DNA from: Clostridiales bacterium | GTDB lineage: Bacteria > Bacillota > Clostridia > Oscillospirales > Oscillospiraceae | Length of the DNA stretch: 64,000 nucleotides | Assembly: GCA_029010715.1 (NCBI GenBank) | Contig: JAQXKZ010000024.1 | Coordinates: 1,236-65,235 of the forward strand | Direction of reading: 5' to 3' | Part shown: piece after piece, positions 17,900 through 27,676 of the stretch | Position numbering within the stretch: the first letter of the stretch is position 1 | Layout: each line of letters starts with the position of its first letter | Notes under the pieces: generated by a model | The model's input: only the letters and a program-made list of their open reading frames with translations | Database searches by the model: none | Told to the model about the DNA's origin: nothing | Translations under genes and position numbers: made by a program

Positions 17900-19305
17900 T
17901 TGCTCGCCTCCTCGTCAGGGATCGCCGTGGCAAAGTATATGATGTCGCTGACAGGGCGCTCATAGCCGAAGTCCACATGGTTTATGGGCGCGCCGTTCAT
18001 GATGATCTCGGCGGTCTGGCCGCCGTCGAGGTTATAGGCCTTCTGTACGCCCTTGGCGTAGACATAGCGGGCAAGCTCGTTGACCGTGGCGCGCGGACGT
18101 GCGTCGGTGGTGTGGTTGATGGTCATGAGGAAGTAGTGCAGCTCTCCGGACATGGCTATGCAGGAGCGGGAATACTCAAGGTCTATCTCGCCTATCGGGT
18201 AGCTCTCACAGTATTGCAGTTCGCCGTTGTCGACGAGCACGGGGCCGAAGGCGATGGCAAAGACGACGTCGTTGTCGTCGATGAACTTCTGGGTCTCTTC
18301 ATCGCCGAGCTCACCGGCGCGGGAGAACAGCATGTCCCCGGAGGCGGTGAAGAAACAGGAGTCCACTCTGGCGGGGTTGTTGCGGTAGAGCGTGCGCTGA
18401 TACGCGGTTATGCCGAGGTCACGGAAGGCATAGAAGTCTCCGTTTATGGCAACGACCGCGTTTGCCTGTTTGGCCATATCCGAGGCGTAGAGCTGCACGC
18501 TGGAGCTGTAGCTGTCCTCGGCCAGCTTGCGCCGCAGCTGGGAGCCGTGCGCAATCTTGACCTCGGCGCAGGTGCAGCAGCGCTGGTTTATGTACTCCTT
18601 CCACGTAATAGCGAGGATGGTGTCGTCGAGATAGTAGTTCATCTCCTCGCCGGGGACAAATTCGGCGTTCGGGTTGAAAATGACGCTCTGTCCGTCGAGC
18701 AGGTCGGCAGCCTTGCGTATCACTTCCTGGATAACAGCGGGGTCGGTCGTGCTGCCGAAGCACTCCGGATCGGGCACGGGCGAGACAGTGCTGTTTTCCT
18801 GAAGGGTATAGATCTTTTTAATATAGCTCAGGTGGCCCAGCGCGTCGCTCTCGGCATTATTGACATACACGTCGAGCTTTTTCGAGAGGTTCAGGCTGCT
18901 GGACGAGGACGCGGTCGTGACCGTGCCGGAGGCCGGATGGATATTGAAGAGGACCCATACAAACACGAGCACACAAAGCGCCGTAAACGCGGCGCAGGCC
19001 AGAAGGCCTCCGCGCCGGGGCCGCGGAGGCCTGCACGCATCCTCACGCTCCGCGTCCGCCGTCTGACGCTCCGGGCGCTTTTTCCTGCGGGCCTCAGCTC
19101 CCGCCGGGCGGGCGGGCTTCTCAGCTCCCCTCTTCTGTATGTGCGGCTCCCCCGTCTTCTCCGTGCCGGCGGCAGCCGGGCCTTCGGGGACTGGAGCCGG
19201 CTCCTGCGTTTCCGCCGGCGTTTCGGCGAAGCCGGAGAACTCCGCAAGGATGGAGTCTATGTCATTTATATCCATGTCTGTTGAGTTGTTGAAATCTTTA
19301 TTCAT
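17896..19305 (-). CDS. Membrane-anchored phosphodiester glycosidase family protein (NAGPA/DUF2233-like)
   Basis: 469 aa. Disordered R/P/E-rich cytoplasmic N-terminus, one TM (LLACAAFTALCVLVFVWVLF), and an extracytoplasmic domain with AINGDFY..., FGPVLVDNG, AYNLDGGQTAE. Paralog of 62034..63665. Confidence 0.7.
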   Translation of the reverse strand: MNKDFNNSTDMDINDIDSILAEFSGFAETPAETQEPAPVPEGPAAAGTEKTGEPHIQKRGAEKPARPAGAEARRKKRPERQTADAEREDACRPPRPRRGGLLACAAFTALCVLVFVWVLFNIHPASGTVTTASSSSSLNLSKKLDVYVNNAESDALGHLSYIKKIYTLQENSTVSPVPDPECFGSTTDPAVIQEVIRKAADLLDGQSVIFNPNAEFVPGEEMNYYLDDTILAITWKEYINQRCCTCAEVKIAHGSQLRRKLAEDSYSSSVQLYASDMAKQANAVVAINGDFYAFRDLGITAYQRTLYRNNPARVDSCFFTASGDMLFSRAGELGDEETQKFIDDNDVVFAIAFGPVLVDNGELQYCESYPIGEIDLEYSRSCIAMSGELHYFLMTINHTTDARPRATVNELARYVYAKGVQKAYNLDGGQTAEIIMNGAPINHVDFGYERPVSDIIYFATAIPDEEASK

Positions 19306-19321
19306 GCATGCCCTTTCTCCC

Positions 19322-20956
19322 TCAATAGCCGGTTCCGCCGTTGAGAGCTCTGAGCAGAGCGCTGTCCGCGATCATCTGCCATCTGCCGTCTGAATAGGTC
19401 AGCGAAATCCGTATATCGGCGCTGGTATAATAGTCCTGCGCATTTTCAAGGACCTTCTGCAGCGCTTGCAGATATGCCTTGTCTGTGACCTCCGGACGGT
19501 AATTGTGATTATCGTCGTATATCTCACGCTCGCTGAGCTTCATGACCAGATGCCGCAGCTGTGTCTGGGTCTCCTCGGCTACCGCGTCCTGAAGTCCGGG
19601 CAGATCCAGATAAGTAAAGCGCACAGTCTGCACCGCGTCGAGCCTGTCGGTCTCACAGCCGCCGATCAGCTCGTAGGCATAGCTTTCGCGCAGCGCCTCA
19701 CAGGCGGCCTGACCGGCCTCGGTGTCGGGCAAAGTCTCAAGGCCGAGGCTGCTGTAATCCTTCAGCTGCGCATATGCTCTGCCGTAGTCGCCGGCGATAA
19801 GAGAATCAAAAAATCCGGTCACGGTCTGCTGCGGATCGCCGTCGGTCCTGGCATAGACCGTGCCGCCGTAAAAGCCGGCGACAGAGACGAGCATGGCCAC
19901 GGCGCAAAACAGCACCGCCAGCAGCGTAAGAACGAAGCTGAGTCCGAAGCGTTTCTTCAAAACGAGAGCCGCGGCGATCCCCAGAGCCAGGAACACGGCG
20001 ATAAATACGCACGGCAGCACCGGGGAAGCGGCCTCACGCTCCCCGGAGCCGTCGGACGGAGTCTCCTCAGCCGGATCCGCAGCGCCTTCCGCCGCAGGCT
20101 CCGCAGACGGTTCCGCGGTGGGCTCCGGCGTCGGTGTGGGAGGAGGGTTCGCGGTTATGTAGTTTGTGTACTCGCACATCGCCGTGCAGTAGGCGGTAAG
20201 AATCTCCTCGGCGTTCATGACATTATCTGTGAACATCACGATGGCGATAGGCTGCTCGGTAAAGGCGAGGCCGCAGTCGTTCATATAGGTGTGGCCGTTC
20301 TCACTGACGTAACCGTATTTGTGAGCGATGTTGAAGCGCGGCTCCTCCAGCATGAAAAAGCGCTCCTGCTCGGCCTTCTGCATGGTCTGGATTATACCGG
20401 GGAAACGGTCTGACTCGTTATAGAGCAGCTTCAGGCAGTGTATGAACTCCTGCGCGGTATAGCGGTTATTGTCATAGTATTCGGGGTCCGCGTTGTCGGG
20501 GTCCACACCCATGTAGGGGGCGGTCAGCTTTTTGAACTCCGTATAGCCGCCGAGGTTATCCCAGAGGAATATGGCCCAGTCGTTGTTTGAATTGATAAGC
20601 GTATCGTCGCGGACATATTCAAAGGAGACGTTGGGGTAATGGCTGTCCCAGTCAAGCTGACCGCTTTCTATCAGCTCGGCATAATACATATTCAGCGGGA
20701 GCTTGTACATGCTCGCGGCGACCAGATATTTGTCTCCGTTGAGATAGTGCTCCTCGCCCGTGACAAGATTGCAGTAACCGGCCGCGACGCTGTCCGGGGA
20801 GACGCCGCACTCGGCGAGCACCTGATCGACCACATCCTCCCAGCTTTTGCCGGCAAAGCTCGTATCTGCGCCGCTTGCGGCGAGGGCGGGCGGGCAGAAT
20901 GACAGGCAAAGCAGCAGCGCCGCAGAAACGGCGATAATCTTTTTGAAAACCTTCAT
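19322..20956 (-). CDS. Secreted class-A beta-lactamase-like serine hydrolase domain fused via a P/T/E linker and two TM helices to an uncharacterised extracytoplasmic domain
   Basis: 544 aa. Signal peptide MKVFKKIIAVSAALLLCLSF. SxxK (ASMYK), SxN (NSNND) and a K[ST]G-like motif (HKYGY). The C-terminal ~200 aa are paralogous to 61305..62012. Confidence 0.65.
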   Translation of the reverse strand: MKVFKKIIAVSAALLLCLSFCPPALAASGADTSFAGKSWEDVVDQVLAECGVSPDSVAAGYCNLVTGEEHYLNGDKYLVAASMYKLPLNMYYAELIESGQLDWDSHYPNVSFEYVRDDTLINSNNDWAIFLWDNLGGYTEFKKLTAPYMGVDPDNADPEYYDNNRYTAQEFIHCLKLLYNESDRFPGIIQTMQKAEQERFFMLEEPRFNIAHKYGYVSENGHTYMNDCGLAFTEQPIAIVMFTDNVMNAEEILTAYCTAMCEYTNYITANPPPTPTPEPTAEPSAEPAAEGAADPAEETPSDGSGEREAASPVLPCVFIAVFLALGIAAALVLKKRFGLSFVLTLLAVLFCAVAMLVSVAGFYGGTVYARTDGDPQQTVTGFFDSLIAGDYGRAYAQLKDYSSLGLETLPDTEAGQAACEALRESYAYELIGGCETDRLDAVQTVRFTYLDLPGLQDAVAEETQTQLRHLVMKLSEREIYDDNHNYRPEVTDKAYLQALQKVLENAQDYYTSADIRISLTYSDGRWQMIADSALLRALNGGTGY

Positions 20957-21129
20957 TGCTTTCTCCGTATTTTTGTATTAGAAAAAAGAACATACTTTAC
21001 GTAGTATACGACAGAATACAGCACAATTGCAAGAGGAGCCGGCAAATTTACGAAAACGGTGCGCCGCGCGGCATGGGCGTGCATAAGATATGTACAGCGG
21101 GGAAAAATCTTAACAGAGGGGGCGAGCCG

Positions 21130-21687
21130 ATGAATATACCAAACATAATCAGTCTGAGCAGAATACTGCTGACGCCCGTATTCGCGCTGCTGTATGTAAA
21201 CGGCAGGAGCACGCAGGCGCTGGCAGTGCTGCTGATATGCGCCGCGTCTGACGTGCTCGACGGCGCAATCGCGCGCCGCTTCAACATGGTGACCGATCTC
21301 GGGAAAGCTCTCGATCCCGCGGCGGATAAACTGATACAGCTGACTATGCTGCTGTGCGCGGCGACGCGCTTTCGCGCGGTATGGCTGCTGCTGGCACTGC
21401 ACATACTGCGCGAGCTGAGCCTCGGCGCCGCGGGGCTGTACGTGCTGCGGCAGACGGGCAGGGTCTACGGCGCACGCTGGTACGGCAAGCTCTGCACGGC
21501 TGTGCTGTACATCGTTATGACGGTTTTTCTGTTTCTGCGCTCCGTACCGGACAGCGCAGTCCGGGCAGGGACGGCCATGTGCGCCTTTCTCATAAGTCTG
21601 TGTCTGTTTCTGTACATGGCGAATTATATCCGCATACTCAGGCTCTGCAGGGAACATGAAGCGGAAAAGGACCCGCGTTCGGTCTAG
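21130..21687 (+). CDS. pgsA: CDP-diacylglycerol--glycerol-3-phosphate 3-phosphatidyltransferase (CDP-alcohol phosphatidyltransferase family)
   Basis: ORF 20956..21687, trimmed to ATG 21130 (MNIPNIISLSRILLTPVF; AGAGGGGG RBS). CDP-alcohol motif: SDVLDGAIARRFNMVTDLGKALDPAADK. Confidence 0.85.
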   Translation: MNIPNIISLSRILLTPVFALLYVNGRSTQALAVLLICAASDVLDGAIARRFNMVTDLGKALDPAADKLIQLTMLLCAATRFRAVWLLLALHILRELSLGAAGLYVLRQTGRVYGARWYGKLCTAVLYIVMTVFLFLRSVPDSAVRAGTAMCAFLISLCLFLYMANYIRILRLCREHEAEKDPRSV

Positions 21688-21706
21688 ACCGGACGCGGGC
21701 CCTTTT
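21672..21706. terminator. Hairpin terminator shared by convergent pgsA and the thioesterase gene
   Basis: CCCGCGTTCGGTC-TA-GACCGGACGCGGG followed by CCCTTTT. The pgsA stop codon lies in the loop. Confidence 0.55.
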
Positions 21707-21718
21707 ACGTTTTGAACA

Positions 21719-22111
21719 TCACTTGCCGAGCTTGGCCTCGGCCTTTGCCATGAAGCGGTCAGCATCAACTATGCAGCGCTTATGGATGCAGTGGCCGACA
21801 TGCTCGTCCCCGGCATAGGAGTCGATGGTGAACAGGAGCATGCGCCCGTCGATCCCGGTGAGCTCGCTCTCCGTGCGCACGGTCATGCCTATCGGGGTAG
21901 CCGCCAGATGGTCCGCCTCGAGACGCACTCCGACGGTGCTGCTGCCCTCGTCCAGATACGGCTGGACAGACTCAAGCGCCGCCTTCTCCATGGAGATTAT
22001 GAGCGCGGGGGTCGAGAACACGGGCAGGGAGCCGCTGCCGAGCGCCTGCGCTACATTTGCTTCGGTGACGAGCACCTCGTCATGTCCTTTGATTCCAAGA
22101 AATACTGCCAT
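21719..22111 (-). CDS. Hotdog-fold thioesterase family protein (FlK-like)
   Basis: 130 aa. The pattern ...VTEANVAQALGSGSLPVFSTPALIISMEKAA...GVRLEADHLAATPIG matches small hotdog thioesterases from memory. Confidence 0.6.
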   Translation of the reverse strand: MAVFLGIKGHDEVLVTEANVAQALGSGSLPVFSTPALIISMEKAALESVQPYLDEGSSTVGVRLEADHLAATPIGMTVRTESELTGIDGRMLLFTIDSYAGDEHVGHCIHKRCIVDADRFMAKAEAKLGK

Positions 22112-22225
22112 TGTTTTTCTCCTTATTCATGTATTTTTGCTTATCCGTATAATAATCCCGGCACAGCGGTACGCGGACCGGCGCAAAGCCGGCGCGGACC
22201 GTCCGCTCCGCATACAGGTCTCCTC

Positions 22226-23149
22226 CTAGCCCTCCATTATGTGCAGGGCACGGATGTCCGGGTTTTCTATGTGTTCCATTATATCAAAAGCGTGCCGTTC
22301 AAGATAGTCCCAATTTCCGCAGCTTAAATGCTGCTGCCCGAGTTCGCGTATGACGGCGGCGCATATATCCTCGACGACGGCCGATTTGAGCTTCACGCCC
22401 CCGCCGTCGTTCTCGCCGGTCAGCAGAAACTCAAGCGCATCGGCCATATCCGGGAGCCTGCCGAGCGAACGCATCGCGCGAAGCTGCCATTTATAGTAGG
22501 GCATATGGCGGCGGTTCAGCAAAAACACGGCTGAGCTCGCGGCATTGACGAACTCCGTCATCGCGAGCATCGCAGCGCCCTGTTCCCCGTGCTTTATACA
22601 GCGCGGGTAGTTATATTGCCCCGCCTGCGCCATGATGACGCAGCGCGCGGCAAGCTTCTTTTTCCGCACATCCTCGGGCATACCGTGCAGCAGCTTTTCG
22701 CGTATCGCGGTGAAGCTGCCCTGAGCGTCGCACCAGACCTCGCCGTTCGTGGCCTCCGCCAGCGCATGGGAAGGGACGGACATCCACTGCTGCCACGACT
22801 CCGGCGCTCCGTCGCTGCCGGTATAGCGGCGGAAAAAATCGCTTATACGGCGCACTCCCCTGCCGCTTTCAGCCAACGCGCTGCGCTCTGCGGCGCGCAC
22901 TATCGGCAGGGCTCTGTAGGCCCGCGCAAGCGCCACGCCGATCCGGCGGTCAACTTCAGCGTCTATCCACAGGCAGAAGCCGAGAGGGAAATCATGGTCA
23001 CGCGAGAGCTCATCGTCAAAGCCGAAGCACTCGGAGCCGTGCCCCGCGAGTCCCACGGCGATGCGACCCTCGTATTCCGGGAAGCGCTCGTGTATCATGT
23101 CCCGGCCGTATTCCTCATAGAAGGTACGGGCCTCGTCAAGTCCCTTCAT
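22226..23149 (-). CDS. DUF4037-type nucleotidyltransferase-fold protein
   Basis: ORF 22226..23209, trimmed to ATG 23149 (MKGLDEARTFYEEYG). NTase-like GHGSECFGFDDELSRDHDF. 14-nt overlap with the upstream TPR gene. Confidence 0.65.
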   Translation of the reverse strand: MKGLDEARTFYEEYGRDMIHERFPEYEGRIAVGLAGHGSECFGFDDELSRDHDFPLGFCLWIDAEVDRRIGVALARAYRALPIVRAAERSALAESGRGVRRISDFFRRYTGSDGAPESWQQWMSVPSHALAEATNGEVWCDAQGSFTAIREKLLHGMPEDVRKKKLAARCVIMAQAGQYNYPRCIKHGEQGAAMLAMTEFVNAASSAVFLLNRRHMPYYKWQLRAMRSLGRLPDMADALEFLLTGENDGGGVKLKSAVVEDICAAVIRELGQQHLSCGNWDYLERHAFDIMEHIENPDIRALHIMEG

Positions 23150-23957
23150 AAATTTTCTTCTCCCTGTCGCGCAGCTCCATGGCATATAAGAAATAGCCGA
23201 AATAATCAAAGGTCGGCGCGCACTTGGAGACCGTAAAGGCGTGGTACCCGTCCCACGGCAGGTCCGGCGCGTTCAGAAGCTCCCAGGCCCGCTCTATATA
23301 CCGCTCTATGCGCGGGTCCCCGGGGTCGCTTTTCGCGTACATCTCCGCCATGTTGCAGCAGGTAACGGCCATGTCGTTCTCCGGATGCGTACAGCCGCTG
23401 ACGGTTTTCATCGCAAGCTCAAAACAGCGTTCGGCCGAAGCATAATCCCCGACGTCGGCATAAGACAGTGCCATGTTGTTGTACAGGCCCGCGAAGCGGT
23501 AGTCGCCCGGGTCGAGCTTATCCGCGTATACGCGCGCGGCGTGGCGGAATATCGGCAGGGACTCCTCAGCCCGTCCGAAGCATTTGAGAGTCGTCGCGGC
23601 GTTCAGCATGATTGTAGCTCCGGAGACGGTCCGGCCCAGACGGTGGTCGCGTATGAGCTCCAGCGCCTCGTTCACGGAGTCGAGTCCGGCCCTGACGTTA
23701 CTGCTGCGGCGGTACTGGCCGAGAAGTTCATTGACCATGCTGAGCCGGCCCCGCCAGTCGCCGATGGCTTCGGCCTCGCTGCGCCAGTGCTCCAGATATT
23801 CCTCGGCGGAGTTTTCGCGGCCCTTTTCGTAGAGCCGGTCGAGGGCGCGTATTATTTCCGGCGTATCTATGGTCCGCGCACAGGGCGCGGTATCGGGCGT
23901 TCCCGTGTATTGGCTCGCATCAAAGATGCAGCAGTTCTCGTTATGGTCCACGGTCAC
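23136..23957 (-). CDS. Tetratricopeptide-repeat protein (partner of the DUF4037 protein)
   Basis: 273 aa with repeated TPR-like helices (AGLYNNMALSYADVGDYASAERCFELAMK, CCNMAEMYAK...). Confidence 0.65.
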   Translation of the reverse strand: MTVDHNENCCIFDASQYTGTPDTAPCARTIDTPEIIRALDRLYEKGRENSAEEYLEHWRSEAEAIGDWRGRLSMVNELLGQYRRSSNVRAGLDSVNEALELIRDHRLGRTVSGATIMLNAATTLKCFGRAEESLPIFRHAARVYADKLDPGDYRFAGLYNNMALSYADVGDYASAERCFELAMKTVSGCTHPENDMAVTCCNMAEMYAKSDPGDPRIERYIERAWELLNAPDLPWDGYHAFTVSKCAPTFDYFGYFLYAMELRDREKKIYEGT

Positions 23958-24028
23958 TCTCCTTTCTCTTGAATAGCGCGGGGCGTGAATGATATAATAA
24001 ATAAAAACATGACTACGGAGGCTGAGCT

Positions 24029-26011
24029 ATGAGCAACAGCTTGATAAACGAAAAATCCCCGTATCTCCGGCAGCACAGCGAAAACCCGGTCGACTGGTAT
24101 CCGTGGTGCGACGAGGCCTTTGACAGAGCCCGCCGCGAGGACAGGCCGGTCTTTATGAGCATAGGCTATTCCACCTGTCACTGGTGCCATGTGATGGCGG
24201 AGGAATCATTCGAAAACGAGGAACTTGCGGAGATTTTAAACCGTTATTACGTCTCTGTCAAGGTGGACCGTGAGGAGCGGCCGGATATTGACAGCGTGTA
24301 TATGAAGGTCTGCACCGCGCTCAACGGCAGCGGCGGCTGGCCGCTGACCGTCATCATGACGCCGGAGCAGGAGCCCTTTTTCGTCGGGACCTATCTGCCG
24401 CGCGAGAGCCGCGGCGGGCACATGGGTCTGCGCCAGCTGCTGCTGACAGTGGCGGCAAAATGGTACGGCGACCGCGGCGAGCTCACAAGGACTGCCGGGG
24501 ATATCACGGCCTGGCTGCAGCAGGAGAGCACGCCGGCGGAGCCGGTCAAGACCGATTCCCTGCCGGACGCGGCGTCGGAGCAGCTTGAACAGTCATACGA
24601 CGGGGAGTACGGCGGCTTCGGCAGCGCGCCCAAGTTCCCCTCGGCGCATAACCTCATTTTCCTTATGCAGTACGCCAAGCTCCGCGGAAGGAAAAAGCCC
24701 CGGCAGATGGTCGAAAACACCCTGCGTCAGATGTACAGGGGCGGTATATACGACCATATCGGCGGCGGCTTTGCCCGCTATTCTACCGACCGGGAGTGGC
24801 TCGCGCCGCATTTTGAAAAGACGCTGTACGACAACGCCCTGCTGGCTCTTTGCTACACCGAGGCCTGGCAGGACGGGCATATGGCGCTCTGGCGTGAAGC
24901 CGCCGAGAGCACGCTCGATTACTGCCTGCGCGAGCTGAAATCTCCGGAGGGCGGTTATTACTGCGGGCAGGACGCTGACAGCGGCGGCTGTGAGGGCGCG
25001 TACTATCTGTTTACTCCTGACGAGATCAAGAGCGTACTGGGAGAGGACGACGGGCGCCACTTCTGCGAATGCTACGATATCACGCCCGAGGGCAATTTCC
25101 ACGGAAAAAGCATACCTAACCTGCTGCTCAACACCCGCTGGGCCTTTCTGCCGGAGGGATATGACAGCTTCCGCGAGCGGCTGCGCATTTTCCGCGGGAA
25201 TCGCATGAATCTGGCCACGGACACGAAGATACTAACGGCCTGGAACGGCCTTATGCTTATGGCGCTGTCCCGCGCGGCGCATGCTTTTTCCGACCGCCGC
25301 TATCTTATGGAGGCGCACGCTCTCGCGGATTTCATGGCGGGCAGGCTGTACGAAAGCTCCGCACTCATGGCCCGCCTGTGCGATGGCGAGCTGAAGTACC
25401 CCGCCCAGCTCGACGACTATGCCTTTTACGCCCTCGGCCTGCTCGAGCTCTACGCCGCGGACTTTGACGCAGGGCATATACTGAAGGCCGAAGCCCTCGC
25501 GGAGAGTATCACCGCGAAATTCTCCGACCCCTCCGGCGGATATTTCCGCACGGCCTCCGACTCCGAAAAGCTCATTGCCCGGCCCAAAGAGATCTACGAC
25601 GGGGCCATGCCCTCCGGCAACAGCGCCGCGGCAGTGCTCTTTGACCGGCTGTTCCGCATGACCGGGAAGGTGCGCTGGCGTACGGCCGCGGACGCACAGC
25701 TGGATTTTATCAGCCGCAGCGCCGGGCAGTACCCGGCCGGCTGCTGCTACGCGCTGACCGCGGCCGGCGCCATGACAGACGATACGCGGGAGCTGGTCTG
25801 CGCTTTGCCGGACGGCAGGCTCCCGGAGGCGCTGATGACTGTTATGGGCCGCTACGCCCCGGAGCTCACGGTACTCGTGAAAACTCCGGACAACGCCGGG
25901 GCTCTGGCCGAGGCGGCACCGTTTACCGCCGGTATGCAGCCGCAAAACGGCAAGGCCGCCTACTATATCTGCTCCGGCGGCACCTGCAGCCTGCCCGTGA
26001 CCGAGATATAG
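24029..26011 (+). CDS. Thioredoxin-domain protein (DUF255 / YyaL-like, N-acylglucosamine-epimerase-like C-terminal barrel)
   Basis: 660 aa. [25 protein letters not shown]...[14 protein letters not shown] is the hallmark N-terminus. Confidence 0.85.
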   Translation: MSNSLINEKSPYLRQHSENPVDWYPWCDEAFDRARREDRPVFMSIGYSTCHWCHVMAEESFENEELAEILNRYYVSVKVDREERPDIDSVYMKVCTALNGSGGWPLTVIMTPEQEPFFVGTYLPRESRGGHMGLRQLLLTVAAKWYGDRGELTRTAGDITAWLQQESTPAEPVKTDSLPDAASEQLEQSYDGEYGGFGSAPKFPSAHNLIFLMQYAKLRGRKKPRQMVENTLRQMYRGGIYDHIGGGFARYSTDREWLAPHFEKTLYDNALLALCYTEAWQDGHMALWREAAESTLDYCLRELKSPEGGYYCGQDADSGGCEGAYYLFTPDEIKSVLGEDDGRHFCECYDITPEGNFHGKSIPNLLLNTRWAFLPEGYDSFRERLRIFRGNRMNLATDTKILTAWNGLMLMALSRAAHAFSDRRYLMEAHALADFMAGRLYESSALMARLCDGELKYPAQLDDYAFYALGLLELYAADFDAGHILKAEALAESITAKFSDPSGGYFRTASDSEKLIARPKEIYDGAMPSGNSAAAVLFDRLFRMTGKVRWRTAADAQLDFISRSAGQYPAGCCYALTAAGAMTDDTRELVCALPDGRLPEALMTVMGRYAPELTVLVKTPDNAGALAEAAPFTAGMQPQNGKAAYYICSGGTCSLPVTEI

Positions 26012-26038
26012 GATACGGTGTTATATAATTATTATAAT

Positions 26039-26073
26039 AAAGCATGGCCGCTCGGTATGAGCGGCCATGCTTT
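26039..26073. terminator. Bidirectional terminator between the convergent DUF255 and AAA ATPase genes
   Basis: AAAGCATGGCCGCTC-GGTAT-GAGCGGCCATGCTTT, a perfect 15-bp stem. Confidence 0.7.
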
Positions 26074-26079
26074 ATACCG

Positions 26080-27564
26080 TCAAAGAGCCGGCGCGGAGCC
26101 GCCATCTTCATCCGGGATCTCTTCCTCCGGCTCCGGGATCTTTTCCTCCGCGTCCTTCAGGTCCGCGGGCAGCACGGTCATAAGATCGTCCCTGGTCGGG
26201 GAGTCCATCGCGGCAACACGATTGGACTGTCGAACGACCATGTTTTCAAAGACGTTGCGCACGTCGCGGCCGTTGCCGAAGTTCTCGCTGCGGTTTTCGT
26301 AAAGCCCGTCAAACAGTTCTTTCGCCGCAAGCCCGGTTTCGTCGCTCATTACGTAGCCGTTCTTTTTGCACTGGCTTTTGAATATGGCCAGCAGCTGCTC
26401 GCCGTTATAGTCCGGAAAATGGAAATATTTATTGAAGCGGGATTCGAGGCCCGGGTTGGAATTGATGAACCTCTCCATCGGTTCGTCGTAGCCCGCGACG
26501 ACCACGATAAGCTCGTCCCGGTGATCCTCCATGGCCTTCAGTATCGTTTCGATCGCCTCGCGGCCGAAGTCGTTTTCTCCGCCGGCGGCGAGGGAATAGG
26601 CCTCGTCAATGAACAGCACGCCGCCAAGGGCGGACTTTATTACCTCCTGCGTTTTGAGCGCGGTCTGGCCGACATAGCCCGCGACCAGACCCGAACGGTC
26701 GACCTCTATCAGCTGTCCCTTATCCAGAACGCCTATCGCGGCATACAAACCGCTGATGATGCGCGCGACGGTGGTCTTGCCGGTGCCGGGGTTGCCGGTA
26801 AAGACCATGTGCAGGCTCATCGGCGGCACGGGCAGGTCGTTTTCCTGACGGAGCTTACGGACCTTGACGAGGTTCATCAGGTTCTTGATGTCCTTTTTCA
26901 CGTCCTCCAGTCCCACAAGCGAGTCGAGACGGGCCATGAGCTCGTCAAAATCGGGCTTTTCCTCTTTTACGGGCTCCGCGGTCTTTTTCTCCTCTTTACC
27001 GCCTCCGGAGGCGCTGGCTTTCAGCTCGGGCTTATCCCTGAAGCTCGGCTCGGAGCTTGTGACATAGTCGAGCGGATTGAGCCCCTCGCGGCTCTTGCGT
27101 ACACCGCTGGTGTCGCAGATGGCGGTGAGCTTATCGGCGCACTCGGTTATATAGGCCGCCTCGTCATAGCTGACGTCATCGTCTGCCGCGGCAAGGTAAA
27201 GCAGAATATTCGTAAGCATACGGATGAAGGTACGCGAGGTCTCGGTGCCGCGCTTTGCGTCGTTCTCGGCGAGACTCCAGTAGAACACCGGCGGGAGAAA
27301 CACCTCGCTCTCGCAGATCGCGCTCGTCAGCGACCAGAGCATCCAGGTCGGCTGCGGCTGGTTGCGGGAATATATCTGGTTTGCCATATCCACATGGCGC
27401 TGTGTGACGCCGCCGCCCCGGCTCCAGAGTCCGAGCGCGCACCTGGTCATGAACTCGTCAAGCTCCTTTGACATTGAATAGCCGCCCGTGCGGTAGAAGG
27501 CGTCGGTATTGGCGGAATATATTTTATGGAAATCCTCAGGGGAACGGTTCCATGTGGTAGGCAT
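26080..27564 (-). CDS. AAA+ ATPase of the SpoVK/CbbX family with an N-terminal non-ATPase domain
   Basis: 494 aa. Walker A GNPGTGKTTVA, Walker B VLFIDEAYSL, and DELIVVVAGY...RFNKYFHFPDY typical of SpoVK/CbbX. GAGGAG RBS upstream of ATG 27564. Confidence 0.8.
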   Translation of the reverse strand: MPTTWNRSPEDFHKIYSANTDAFYRTGGYSMSKELDEFMTRCALGLWSRGGGVTQRHVDMANQIYSRNQPQPTWMLWSLTSAICESEVFLPPVFYWSLAENDAKRGTETSRTFIRMLTNILLYLAAADDDVSYDEAAYITECADKLTAICDTSGVRKSREGLNPLDYVTSSEPSFRDKPELKASASGGGKEEKKTAEPVKEEKPDFDELMARLDSLVGLEDVKKDIKNLMNLVKVRKLRQENDLPVPPMSLHMVFTGNPGTGKTTVARIISGLYAAIGVLDKGQLIEVDRSGLVAGYVGQTALKTQEVIKSALGGVLFIDEAYSLAAGGENDFGREAIETILKAMEDHRDELIVVVAGYDEPMERFINSNPGLESRFNKYFHFPDYNGEQLLAIFKSQCKKNGYVMSDETGLAAKELFDGLYENRSENFGNGRDVRNVFENMVVRQSNRVAAMDSPTRDDLMTVLPADLKDAEEKIPEPEEEIPDEDGGSAPAL

Positions 27565-27602
27565 AGTCGCATCTCCTCATATGTATAATCCGGTACGGCT
27601 TT

Positions 27603-27630
27603 ATTATATAGCAAAAATCCAAACAATCAA
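27603..27630 (-). promoter_or_regulatory. Putative sigma-A promoter of the AAA ATPase gene
   Basis: Minus strand: TTGATT, 16-nt spacer, TATAAT. Located ~35 nt upstream of ATG 27564. Confidence 0.5.
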
Positions 27631-27676
27631 GAACATAAGACGGGATATTTTTCCGGAGCCGGGCGCGGCTCATGGC

